Source of the DNA: Simkaniaceae bacterium
Lineage (GTDB): Bacteria > Chlamydiota > Chlamydiia > Chlamydiales > Simkaniaceae
Direction: 5' to 3'
Length of the DNA: 46,640 bases
NCBI GenBank assembly: GCA_050248615.1
Contig: JBFWSA010000018.1
Coordinates: 1-46,640 of the forward strand
The first letter of the stretch is position 1, and each line of letters opens with the position of its first letter. Below the pieces are notes generated by a model. That model saw nothing but the letters and a program-made list of their open reading frames with translations, searched no databases and was not told where the DNA came from. The translations under genes and the position numbers were made by a program. Positions 1 to 9,566 of the stretch are shown here, piece by piece.

Positions 1-91
1 TGTGTTTAGTGTGCTGCTGGGGATCTAAATTTTTAATCCTTAAAAATTTGTGGGTTTTGTGTGATGAATTGGTTAAATCTGGACTGGAATC

Positions 92-874
92 TTATAAATG
101 TTGAACATTCGCATTTTTTTTTTCACATAAATCGAGGTGGGAAACAATCTGACATGCAAGATGACGCAATCCTGCACGTTTAGATCCTAAAAGCTCTGTG
201 AACTCTTTGTCATCAATATCTTCATAAATGGTCACTAGCGATGCAATGGCTGCAGCTTTTTCTTCAGCAGTACTCCGCGCATGACAGATGATTTTTGCTA
301 GAGGCTCTTTGATATCTTTAACTTCCATGGCTCCGAGGGCTTGAATCACCTCTAATCGGACAAACCAGATTTTCTCTTCCTTGAGAAGGCGTTTGAGCTC
401 TTCAATCAACGTGACATCTCGATAGTGGGGGGAAAGTTGCGCTGCCATCGCTCGCATGATGGCATTTGTCGAGTTCAATTGACTCAGTAACATCCGTACA
501 GCACGCACATCATCGGTAAAAAAAGCGCTCATCAAAGAGGCCATGTTTACGACAAACTGGGAGGAATTTTCTGAACGTGTTAACACTCCCCATGCCAAGG
601 TCTCTAGGAGTTCCGGATCCTCTAGATCCCCCTTAAGCCCCGATTTTTTCCAAAACTGGATCGCTTCTTCATCTTTTCCATTTTGCGCAAGGGCTTGCAC
701 ATACACTTTTTTGACCCCTTTAGATTCAGGATAGAGTGTGAGCGCCTCTTCACATGCGTTTTGGGCTGCATAGTAATCTTTAACAAGGAGATGGGCATGA
801 ATGCGTTTGATCACCCCCTCTTCGCTTCCAAAAGCTGCAACAAAAAAAATAAGGAAGAAACAAATCAACTTCAT
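92..874 (-). CDS. HEAT-repeat protein with N-terminal signal/TPR-like region; probably truncated, frame continues to the window edge
   Basis: Signal-peptide-like N-terminus; HEAT-like repeats (IMRAMAAQL, FVRLEVIQALG, LRHLACQIV). The frame stays open after the TAA at 94-92. Confidence 0.7.
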   Translation of the reverse strand: MKLICFFLIFFVAAFGSEEGVIKRIHAHLLVKDYYAAQNACEEALTLYPESKGVKKVYVQALAQNGKDEEAIQFWKKSGLKGDLEDPELLETLAWGVLTRSENSSQFVVNMASLMSAFFTDDVRAVRMLLSQLNSTNAIMRAMAAQLSPHYRDVTLIEELKRLLKEEKIWFVRLEVIQALGAMEVKDIKEPLAKIICHARSTAEEKAAAIASLVTIYEDIDDKEFTELLGSKRAGLRHLACQIVSHLDLCEKKNANVQHL

Positions 875-933
875 GAATCTATCCTTAAAAGATCCTGTTT
901 TTGATTTCCAGTAAATTTAAGATGGTAAGTTCA

Positions 934-1269
934 TTATGCCATCGAGCCTAAAGGCTTGCCACCAATCAGATGAAAGTGGAGGTGAAAAACCGACTGCCCC
1001 GCCTGGGTTCCTATATTTGTAAGTAAGCGATAATTGTCGGCTACACCAAATTTTTCGGCAAGGTTTTGGGCAACTTCGATAATCTCTAACATGATGGAAA
1101 GATCTTCTTTAGGGAGTTTTTGGAGAGAAGGATACTCTTTTTTGGGAATCAGAAGAAGGTGAACAGGTGCTTTGGGACTGATGTCTTTGATGACTAATAA
1201 CTGCTCACTTTCATACACTCTATCTGCAGGAAGATCCCCTTTGATAATTTTCCCAAAAATCGTACTCAT
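934..1269 (-). CDS. hinT: Histidine triad (HIT) nucleotide-binding protein
   Basis: TIFGKII N-terminus, DISPKAPVH, GQSVFHLHFHLIGG HIT motif. Confidence 0.95.
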   Translation of the reverse strand: MSTIFGKIIKGDLPADRVYESEQLLVIKDISPKAPVHLLLIPKKEYPSLQKLPKEDLSIMLEIIEVAQNLAEKFGVADNYRLLTNIGTQAGQSVFHLHFHLIGGKPLGSMA

Positions 1270-2156
1270 CGTTTTTTCCTCTTTTTCAGCACATATTCAA
1301 GCGCTTTGATTGCATCTTCTTTGGTCTCCCAAACAGAGATAAAACGTCCTTTATGACAAAAAATTGCCCCGGGGATTTGGGTTTTTTCTTTCAATTCCTC
1401 GTCAATGAGTCCTGCCCATTCTTTAGGAAGGGGAAGACGTACCTGCATCCGTTTTTCATAGGTGGGAGGAATCCCCCGCAGTTTCCACTGGGAAGCTGTG
1501 GGCATAATGACAAACAGGGCTGGATGCTTCGTTCCACCGAGCTCAAAAAAGGTCTCGAGCCAGGGCATCGATTTATCGAAATACATCACCTGTTGGTTTT
1601 TATCCATCTCCGCTTTAATTGCTGTGCGACATTCTTGAATATAGTGATATTTTGCAATGAGTCTTTTAAGATGTCCTATACAAAAATCGAGTGCTTGTAA
1701 AAAAGCCCCTTGAACGACTTGAGGATCTGCATCATGACGCACAGGAACAAAGTTAGCAATGACAGAAGAAAAAGAGCTATGTCCCACCATCGGTGTAGCT
1801 TTCCCATTGTCAATCGCATCCACTCCCATGATGAGAGAGCGATTTAGGTAGCGATAGAGCTTTTCATCAATCACTTTTTCCTCTTTTAGATACTTGAGAA
1901 CCATCCCAGCGCTGCTATAACTTCCTTGATAGTTAGATTGATGATGATCAAACCGCTTGATTTTGGGATCATAGATCCCTCCCACATCACAGACATATTC
2001 ACAGGTGCTTAGTTTTTGCATCTCTCGGGTCCGCACCACTTTTTCAAGATCAATGCGATCAAAGATAATGAGAAGAGCACATGCAGTCACTTCATCTGCA
2101 TGAAAGCTCCCATCATGGGTCCCAAAACTACGTGGTTCAATCATTTCCCGAGTCAT
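1266..2156 (-). CDS. MYG1 family (UPF0160) protein
   Basis: THDGSFHADE, DVGG, FDHHQ, FCHKGRFI motifs. Confidence 0.93.
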   Translation of the reverse strand: MTREMIEPRSFGTHDGSFHADEVTACALLIIFDRIDLEKVVRTREMQKLSTCEYVCDVGGIYDPKIKRFDHHQSNYQGSYSSAGMVLKYLKEEKVIDEKLYRYLNRSLIMGVDAIDNGKATPMVGHSSFSSVIANFVPVRHDADPQVVQGAFLQALDFCIGHLKRLIAKYHYIQECRTAIKAEMDKNQQVMYFDKSMPWLETFFELGGTKHPALFVIMPTASQWKLRGIPPTYEKRMQVRLPLPKEWAGLIDEELKEKTQIPGAIFCHKGRFISVWETKEDAIKALEYVLKKRKKR

Positions 2157-2346
2157 AAACCTATCGAATCTACATTCATGAAATTAATATTGCAAGCTGA
2201 AACTATTTCTTGTAAGCGCAAGGCTTTGGACAACAAATCTATGAGAATAGAGTTGTCGAAGATAAAACAGTGCTATCAAAAAGCTTGCGATCTCGTCTCC
2301 AAAGAAAAGAAGGGGAAATCTATAATTCTTTTTTGTAATAGATAAA

Positions 2347-3339
2347 CTAAGCAGCTTTTGTAATGGCTATATTCTGCTTTGCACTCAAAGCTTGCTGTAA
2401 ATGAGTCACTGCAAGGGTAAGAGCACTTTGAGCAGCAGGAGTATGAGCCAAAGCGTTGATCATTAGGAAATCATGTATTGTCCCTAAAAACCGTGTTGCT
2501 GTTACTCTAACACCAGCTTGCATAAGTTTGAGAGCATAGGCTTCTCCTTCATCACGCAAGACATCATTTTCTGCTGTAATAATCAAAGCTGAAGGTAATC
2601 CTTTAAGTTGATCTGTATTAGCTTGAAGAGGAGACATAAGAGGATTTTTTCTGGTAGAAGTTTTAGGTTCATAAGCATTCCAAAACCACTCCATAGCAGC
2701 CTTTGTAAGCCAAGGACCATCAGCATATTGCTTATAAGAAGAGGAGTTGAACTGAGCATTAGTGACCGGATAGAATAGGAGTTGAAAGAGGATATTAGGA
2801 CCTTTTCGTTCTTTTGCAAGGAGAGAAACAGCAATTGCCATGTTTCCACCAACGCTATCTCCACCGATAGCCATTCGTGAGGAATCAAGGTTAAGTTTTT
2901 TGCCCTGTTCAGAGATATATTTGGTTGCAGCATAAGCTTCTTCAATTGCTGTAGGAAATCGAGCTTCTGGAGATAGAGAATAATTCACAAAGACAACGGC
3001 TATGTGTGCTCTGACAGTTAGTTCTCTTACAAGATGCTCAAAGGTATTAAAGCTCCCCATCACCCAACCAGCTCCATGGAAATAGAGAATAACAGGTAAA
3101 GCTTCTTTGCAACCTTTAGGGCGCAAGATACGAAGTGAAACTTGACCATTAGGGCCACCAGGAATCATTTTATCTTCAATATCAACTTGAGGCTTCCCAA
3201 TAGAACCAGATTGCATTTTTTCTAAGAATGCTCGTGCTTCTTCTGGCCTCATTTTATAGATAGGCTTTCCTTTTTCAGAGGTTAGCTCATCGATAAAAGA
3301 TTGTGTGTCTTTTTCTAAAATAATATTGTGTGATTTCAT
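2347..3339 (-). CDS. Alpha/beta hydrolase, HSL-family esterase/lipase
   Basis: HGAGW oxyanion motif, GDSVGG nucleophile, D(VLRDEG) and H(DF) catalytic residues. Confidence 0.92.
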   Translation of the reverse strand: MKSHNIILEKDTQSFIDELTSEKGKPIYKMRPEEARAFLEKMQSGSIGKPQVDIEDKMIPGGPNGQVSLRILRPKGCKEALPVILYFHGAGWVMGSFNTFEHLVRELTVRAHIAVVFVNYSLSPEARFPTAIEEAYAATKYISEQGKKLNLDSSRMAIGGDSVGGNMAIAVSLLAKERKGPNILFQLLFYPVTNAQFNSSSYKQYADGPWLTKAAMEWFWNAYEPKTSTRKNPLMSPLQANTDQLKGLPSALIITAENDVLRDEGEAYALKLMQAGVRVTATRFLGTIHDFLMINALAHTPAAQSALTLAVTHLQQALSAKQNIAITKAA

Positions 3340-3408
3340 AAACCGCTCCTTAATAATAGGTTAATCAAATTATCTTTAGAAAACGGCAGATTCTTTTCTT
3401 AGAGGATG

Positions 3409-3572
3409 TATACCCAAACAACTTCAAAAATTTTATTTTTGGCTGCACCAAGGCAACGCAATTTGCCGATCATAAATGACCTCATATTTTTAATATTAGG
3501 TCATTTATGATCGATAAATTTCGATAGCTTTCGTGCTCATACCAATCCCAATTTTGAAATTGTTTGGATATA
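3409..3572. repeat. Palindromic element family A, full length (164 bp), diverged
   Basis: TATACCCAAACAACTTCAAAA...TTTTGAAATTGTTTGGATATA termini; central hairpin AAATGACC..GGTCATTT; aligns with 9309-9472. Confidence 0.9.
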
Positions 3573-3666
3573 GATGAATTAATTAGAATATAGAATAAGT
3601 TCATATTAAGCCGATTCTGATTAAGCTCTCCCTTAAAAATGATTATATTTTTTTTTATTTTTTGAG

Positions 3667-3830
3667 TATACTAAAATAACTGCAAAAGTTGGTTTTGGAC
3701 AAGCGCGAAAGCTTTCGGAATTCGTCGACCTTAAGTGACCTAATATTAGAAATATGAGATCACTTAAGATCGGCAAATTATGGTGCTTTGGCGCAGTCGA
3801 AAATCCAACTTTTGCAGTTATTTTAGTATA
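3667..3830. repeat. Palindromic element family A, full length (164 bp), opposite orientation
   Basis: TATACTAAAATAACTGCAAAAGTTGG...CCAACTTTTGCAGTTATTTTAGTATA; reverse complement aligns with 9309-9472. Confidence 0.9.
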
Positions 3831-3979
3831 CATTATCCTTTTGACACAGGTTGAAAAAAGAGTGGTAAAGATGCAAAAGAGACTGAAATTAAAAAACATC
3901 TTTAATATGAGATGGATTCATAGGATGATTTTTTGGAAAAGGCTGAATCTGAGAAAGATAAACGGACGATCCTTAATAA

Positions 3980-4140
3980 AAACCTATCCTAATAAATCAT
4001 TTCTAATCTTTTTTGTGTTTTCACGATCTTTAGAACCTTCATTTTTCGGTCTTATCATCCGATAATGCCCTCAAATGCAGTTCCTAAATCTCCAAGAAAA
4101 CACATAAAAATCCCCAGAATTGATTTATTAGGATAGCTTC
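3980..4140. repeat. Palindromic element family C variant (161 bp)
   Basis: Terminal inverted repeats AAACCTATCCTAATAAATCA / TGATTTATTAGGATAGCTTC, flanked by AA on both sides. Confidence 0.7.
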
Positions 4141-4300
4141 AACTTTGAAAATTAGAACTAAACATTAGAATATTCAAGGATATTGGAATCTCGCGCCATA
4201 TTAATCACAAGAGATTTTTTCTTCATAAGTGAAATGGTTGCAGCATTTAGAAAAAACTTAAGCAACAAATTTTAATGCATTAGCTCTGCTTTCTATGCTA

Positions 4301-4335
4301 TATACTCAAACAACTTCAAAAGTTGTTTGAGTATA
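4301..4335. repeat. Family A minimal 35-bp derivative
   Basis: TATACTCAAACAACTTCAAAAGTTGTTTGAGTATA, termini only, 1 nt before the ATG at 4337. Confidence 0.9.
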
Positions 4336-4336
4336 G

Positions 4337-6454
4337 ATGGAATTTATGGGCAACGAACTTTCATTTTTACATCACGACCTCGTCACGCCTGATGGAAAAG
4401 CGATTTCACTCAAAAAGATTGAGGAGAGGCGCTATGAAGCGGTGATTAGTATCGAAAATATCTCCCCTACATTCTTGGGATTTTCCATTGATAAAGAGAG
4501 GGTCTTTTTTAACATTAAGAGTACCCTCGCCCAATTAGGGGTGAATGGAAAAGGAAAAGTCTATGATCTTTCTTTCCCCAAGAGAAAGGCGGAAATTCTC
4601 GTTGAATTAGAAGCAATTGATCCGATGGGGGCGTTAGTACTCTCTCTTTTGGAAACTGATACCTATCTTGGGAAGCTCTTTGCTGCCGATGAGCGGAGAC
4701 GGGTGCGGGACCCTATCTACCTTTCACGTATGTTTGGGCGCACTGACCGGGATGGAAAGCCCCTCCTTTCTTTAGGAGAGCACGAAGGAAAATCCCATTG
4801 GACTCTAGAAAAAATTCAGGGACGTATGGTTGCGTTTCTCCCTCTCAAAAAAGGGATCCAAACCTATAATTCCATGGCGGAAGGACTCATTCCCACTTTG
4901 GTTCAAGCTCTCAAGCACCCTCACATCAAGATCCGGGAATTGATCGGTCTCACACAACAGTGGAAAGAGGAAAAAAAAGTGATCGGGGACAATCTCCTAC
5001 TAGTAAATACCCTGCCCCTCCATATTCGTACTGTTTTTGGGCATGTAGTCGATGAGCTTTTACCTGAGGGAGTCGAGCACACCACAGCTTCGGTATTACA
5101 ACCTGATACCTATGCCTCTGGAGATATCTATGAACTCTTTGGCAATAGTAGGGAAGAACTCACAAAGATCCCTTTAGAATTTTACACATTGGATCCTTAC
5201 CGAGAACATGTTTTCTTTTCCGATAGAGATCAGTTACAAGCTTCCATCGAAGACCCGGAAGTCTTATTCTCTGCAATGGACACAGCCCCCACGCCTATGC
5301 ATCACAAATGTGCGACTTTTATTGTCAAAGGAGAACAGCTTCTCAATCTCAAACCTTCTGATTGGATGCAATCAGAATCGACCTATCAAGTTCTCCCCGG
5401 ATTCTTCCATCCTACTGAACAAGCAGAAAAAGTCGAAGCCTACATGCATGCGCAACCCTCGTATGCTTATCTAGAAGCTATTGAGAAAGGGTTCATTACG
5501 AGTCAGGGAATTTTGCTGAGCCGCTTCTTCCCTTCCCCCATTATGAAACGGATGCTTCTCAGTGAACAGGTTTATGGGTGTTTAAAAGGCATTTACTTTC
5601 AGTACCCCTCTCGCTCCCATGGCGAGTATTTTTCGCACGAAGACCGCTCTCTCTTGCTCGACTTAGCGAAGTTTGGTGTCTCTATTTTTTGGCTCGATAA
5701 GCGCTCCCATCAGATTCTTCGCTATGTTCCCAAAATTGAAAAAGATTCAGGAATGTTTGTCCCCCTCTCAAAAGTAGAAGCTTTTATGAAAGCGACGATG
5801 ATCGGGATCTACGGCTCTAATCTCATTGAAGGAAAATTCGGCCCTTCCATTAAAGAACTTCTAGAAGGGCTGTTGGAGCTCAAACAGGAGTGCTCTCACC
5901 CCCTTTTAAATCCCGACACACCTCTTGCCCTTGTCACAGGAGGGGGACCAGGGACGATGAGTATTGGGAATCAAACAGCTCAGAGTCTAGGCATTCTCTC
6001 CTGCGCCAATATTTTGGATTTTCGTAGTGACCTTAAACTGGTGAATGAACAAGAACAAAATCCTTATATCGAAGCCAAAATGACCTATCGATTAGATCGC
6101 TTAGTCGAACGTCAAGCAGAGTTTCATCTCGACCTCCCCATCTTCCTGATGGGAGGGATTGGGACCGATTTTGAATATGCGTTAGAAGAGGTACGCCGCA
6201 AAACAGGAGTGAAATCCCCTACCCCCATTCTCCTCGTCGGAGATCCTGCCTACTGGAAAGAAAAAATTTCTCACCGTTTTTCTTGCAATCTAGAAACAGG
6301 AACCATTGCCGGATCTGAATGGGTTAGTAATTGTTTTTTTTGCATTCAAAATGCAAAGCAGGGGCTCCAAGTCTATGCTAATTTTTTTAGCGGGAAACTC
6401 CCCATCGGCCCTAAAGGGCCAATTTTCCCAGATGGATTTAGTACTTTAGACTGA
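4337..6454 (+). CDS. Large chlamydial LOG-family (Rossmann-fold, putative nucleotide phosphoribohydrolase) protein
   Basis: C-terminal GIYGS, VTGGGPGTM, RQAEF and GGIGTDFE motifs; long N-terminal region not recognised. Confidence 0.8.
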   Translation: MEFMGNELSFLHHDLVTPDGKAISLKKIEERRYEAVISIENISPTFLGFSIDKERVFFNIKSTLAQLGVNGKGKVYDLSFPKRKAEILVELEAIDPMGALVLSLLETDTYLGKLFAADERRRVRDPIYLSRMFGRTDRDGKPLLSLGEHEGKSHWTLEKIQGRMVAFLPLKKGIQTYNSMAEGLIPTLVQALKHPHIKIRELIGLTQQWKEEKKVIGDNLLLVNTLPLHIRTVFGHVVDELLPEGVEHTTASVLQPDTYASGDIYELFGNSREELTKIPLEFYTLDPYREHVFFSDRDQLQASIEDPEVLFSAMDTAPTPMHHKCATFIVKGEQLLNLKPSDWMQSESTYQVLPGFFHPTEQAEKVEAYMHAQPSYAYLEAIEKGFITSQGILLSRFFPSPIMKRMLLSEQVYGCLKGIYFQYPSRSHGEYFSHEDRSLLLDLAKFGVSIFWLDKRSHQILRYVPKIEKDSGMFVPLSKVEAFMKATMIGIYGSNLIEGKFGPSIKELLEGLLELKQECSHPLLNPDTPLALVTGGGPGTMSIGNQTAQSLGILSCANILDFRSDLKLVNEQEQNPYIEAKMTYRLDRLVERQAEFHLDLPIFLMGGIGTDFEYALEEVRRKTGVKSPTPILLVGDPAYWKEKISHRFSCNLETGTIAGSEWVSNCFFCIQNAKQGLQVYANFFSGKLPIGPKGPIFPDGFSTLD

Positions 6455-6630
6455 TCAGGGAAGCAAAATAGAAGGTCAGAAAGAAAAGAATCAATAGGGC
6501 AAAAAGTAAAACGACAACTCTTTTATTCACTTTTCTAGGTTTCATGAAATACTGGATAGGTTCATCTATTGCCTTTTTCTAGAGTTACTTGATAAAATAT
6601 CATCGCTTCAAAATTAAATGAAGGGCTTTT

Positions 6631-7974
6631 ATGGCAGTTCTTGAAAGACCAAGGCAAGATAATGTTTGGAATCATTTTCGCCCTGTTGCAGGGTTTCATT
6701 ACCTTGTTCGGGCGGGAAAACGTTTTAAGGATAGACGTCAGTACACGATTCTCATTATTGATGCTCCTCAAAAAGCTTTAGAGATGGGGATCAAGTATGC
6801 CTATCGAGAGGGATCTAACGCCTTTCGGCAATCTCAATATTACGAGCCCTTCCTGCAGTCGGCTTTCTATCAAACACCTGTTTGGGTTTGGGATCAGACC
6901 CTTTCTAAAACGTGCGACGTGATCCTTGCTTACCCTCAATTTTCGGAAAGCGCTATCTTACGGTTCGATCAAAAACTCCAAAGCTACCCCGATAACCGCG
7001 TCTGCCAGTGGTCTCATCGCCAAATTGAAAGGTATCAAAGGTGTGGAGATTTAGAGTTTGTGGATGGGGTTGCTAAAACCGTTGAATCGCTCAGTCGCAA
7101 AGTAGCCCAAGTGGATCCTTCCGAATTTTCCTCTACTCTGATCCTTATCATGCAGGATGTGCAAGATATCATCGTTCCCGCTCAATTTGCTATTCAGAAA
7201 CGGCAAAAACTTTATCAAAAAATCGAAGAGGCTCCTCAAAAAATCACTTATGTGACTCATGGAACTCCCGAAAAAAAATTGACAGCTACTTTTATGAACC
7301 GTCATAGCCGCGCTATCGTTCATAAAACATCTGAAAAAATCATCCCAGAAGAGGCATGGAGAAGAAAATTAACCCAAGGGAAAGAGACTCTACGCTTGAT
7401 TTGCATTTCGACTGAAGCCTCCACTGTCCACACTCTTTTTCCTGCAGCCGTGAACCACGCGGCTCCCAAAGTAGGTTGGTTCGTGGGGCGCCATGCTATT
7501 CGGTGGTATTTATGTAACTTGACGGGATTAGTCATTGCAGGAGCTGTTCAGTATGGGCAACAGCTCGCTGGGTATGAAGAGGACGAACTTTTTTCTCATG
7601 AAGCAATTGTTGCCACTCACTGGTATGCTAAATGGATGCTTTGGACATTGATGCTCAATCTAGAGCTCCGACAGTGGAAGGAAGATCGAGCCCGTGTTCA
7701 GGAATCCTTGGGCGATGCAACTGCAGGTTCTATTCATACTGTTTTAGCAGGAATGAGAGGTGAAGTTGTCCAGGAAGCCGAAAGAAGAGAGGAGAATGGT
7801 TTCTTAAAGAAAGTCGTTGCTCACGTCCTTCCTTCTGTTCTTGAAGGTGTTCCTCGCTCAGAGATCGTTCATGAACCTCCTCCAGAAACTATCTGGCGCC
7901 GGGGATGGAATGCTGTCGTCGAAGCTGTGAAAAGCTGCTGGAGAGGGCGCCTTAACCACCCGCACCAAGACTAG
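6631..7974 (+). CDS. Hypothetical protein (447 aa)
   Basis: Long ORF with no recognised motif; 3' end overlaps the convergent permease by 23 bp. Confidence 0.7.
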   Translation: MAVLERPRQDNVWNHFRPVAGFHYLVRAGKRFKDRRQYTILIIDAPQKALEMGIKYAYREGSNAFRQSQYYEPFLQSAFYQTPVWVWDQTLSKTCDVILAYPQFSESAILRFDQKLQSYPDNRVCQWSHRQIERYQRCGDLEFVDGVAKTVESLSRKVAQVDPSEFSSTLILIMQDVQDIIVPAQFAIQKRQKLYQKIEEAPQKITYVTHGTPEKKLTATFMNRHSRAIVHKTSEKIIPEEAWRRKLTQGKETLRLICISTEASTVHTLFPAAVNHAAPKVGWFVGRHAIRWYLCNLTGLVIAGAVQYGQQLAGYEEDELFSHEAIVATHWYAKWMLWTLMLNLELRQWKEDRARVQESLGDATAGSIHTVLAGMRGEVVQEAERREENGFLKKVVAHVLPSVLEGVPRSEIVHEPPPETIWRRGWNAVVEAVKSCWRGRLNHPHQD

Positions 7975-9190
7975 GAAGCCATCCTTGAGTAGCGGCTATT
8001 TGAAAGAAAATAATCGCTAGTGATCCCACAAACATGGCAAGTAGAAGGGGTTTTCCTCCCACGACACGGAAGCGTTCCTTTTTCTTTTCGATATACCTTC
8101 CATGCCACACCATGAGGACAGGTAAAATGCCATAAAGAACGGCCACAAAAACTCCCGCATATCCTAGAGCAACCACAAAGCCGCTGGGATAAAAGAGGGC
8201 AAAAAGTAAAGGGGGAAGAAACATCAAAACAAGAAGGGAGGTTTTCCCTTTCATGGTCTTCTTAATGCGAAATCCATCTGCAAGAAAATCATAGAGACTC
8301 AAAGCGACCCCAAAGAATGAGGTGACCAAAGCAAAAAACGAGAATAGCCCCACGATAAGAGCAATCCAAGGGACTCCTAACATATTATTGAGAGCATCTG
8401 TCAGCCCTGCAACGGGATGAGGGGCTCCTCCAATGGATTCTAAGCCGTTGGGCCCTGTCAAGGGAAGCATCCCGATAATCAAAAACTCCCAAACAAGATA
8501 GAATACTAATGGAATAAGACTCCCATAGAATAGGGCTTTCTTTAACTTACTCACATCTCCATGCAAATAGCTGCGTAGACTCGGAACAATGATATGAGAT
8601 GTAAAGGAGAGAACAACGACAGGAACAGCCACCCACAAATACTCGGGTTTTCCTCCTGTATAGTGGCTCGCTTCCACATGGGGGGTCACAAAAAGAAGGA
8701 GAAACAAGAAGGAAAGGATGAGTCCTGTCATACAAATGCGGTTAATCGCATCTACAGCTTTTGTTTCAAAAACAACAATGAATCCAAATACCGCAAGAAA
8801 AATAAAGATCCCAATATTGGCAGATATAGAGACCCCAAAGATCGAACTGATCACATCTGCAATCAGAGATCCCCCCCCAGAAAGATAGGCTGCAGCAACG
8901 GAATAGAGAAGCATTAAAAAGGAAAGCCAAGCCGTAAACTCCCCTGCAGGTCCTAGACGCTCCTTACAAATCGTGATTAAATTGGCACTCGCTCTTTCTG
9001 TCATGAGCGTTGCTTCTAGCAAATAGAAAAGGCTGGTCAGCATGAAGAGAAACGCGATAAAGAAAAGGATTGTTGAATAGAAAAACCCTCCCACTCCTGT
9101 CGTTAGAGGTAGGGCTAGCATTCCTGCTCCAATCGCTGTTCCCCCGACTAGCAGCGCGCTCCCAAAAGTTTTATTCTTATAAAATTGCAT
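7952..9190 (-). CDS. tyrP: Aromatic amino acid permease (TyrP/Mtr, HAAAP family)
   Basis: GTAIGAGMLALP motif, about 11 hydrophobic segments, TSFFGVALSLYDFLADG. Confidence 0.9.
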   Translation of the reverse strand: MQFYKNKTFGSALLVGGTAIGAGMLALPLTTGVGGFFYSTILFFIAFLFMLTSLFYLLEATLMTERASANLITICKERLGPAGEFTAWLSFLMLLYSVAAAYLSGGGSLIADVISSIFGVSISANIGIFIFLAVFGFIVVFETKAVDAINRICMTGLILSFLFLLLFVTPHVEASHYTGGKPEYLWVAVPVVVLSFTSHIIVPSLRSYLHGDVSKLKKALFYGSLIPLVFYLVWEFLIIGMLPLTGPNGLESIGGAPHPVAGLTDALNNMLGVPWIALIVGLFSFFALVTSFFGVALSLYDFLADGFRIKKTMKGKTSLLVLMFLPPLLFALFYPSGFVVALGYAGVFVAVLYGILPVLMVWHGRYIEKKKERFRVVGGKPLLLAMFVGSLAIIFFQIAATQGWLPSLGAGG

Positions 9191-9237
9191 AACAGGAATC
9201 CATTATGGACAGATGTGATAAAAAAAACAAGCACTTA

Positions 9238-9566
9238 AGAGGGTGTTTAAAAATTCATTCCAGCATTAATGAAAAGGATCTTTTCCCCTAGGAAATCCGT
9301 TTTCGACCTATACTCAAACAACTTCAAAAGTTGGATTTTCGGCTGTGCCAAAGCACCGTAATTCGTCGATCTTAAATGACCTCATATTTCTAATATTAGG
9401 TCATTTAAGATCGACGAATTCCGAAAGCTTTCGCGCTAGCCCAAAACCAACTTTTGAAGTTGTTTGAGTATACACAAACTTTCCTAAGTTTGCTCCGGTC
9501 TCCAAACAGATCCTCTAGGAAAAAATCTCACTTTTCAATGCTGAAAGCAATATTTAAACACCCTCT
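9238..9566. mobile_element. Palindromic element family B (MITE-like) carrying a nested family A copy
   Basis: Perfect 14-bp terminal inverted repeat AGAGGGTGTTTAAA / TTTAAACACCCTCT plus symmetric inner arms (CAGCATT..CTAGG). Confidence 0.8.
9309..9472. repeat. Palindromic element family A, full length (164 bp), best-conserved copy
   Basis: 26-bp perfect terminal inverted repeat TATACTCAAACAACTTCAAAAGTTGG; inner stem AATTCGTCGATCTTAAATGACCT / AGGTCATTTAAGATCGACGAATT. Confidence 0.95.

Noticed and set aside
3633..4065. ORFs 3633-3899 and 3754-4065
   Set aside because: They are translations of palindromic repeats (shared PTFAVILVY on both strands).
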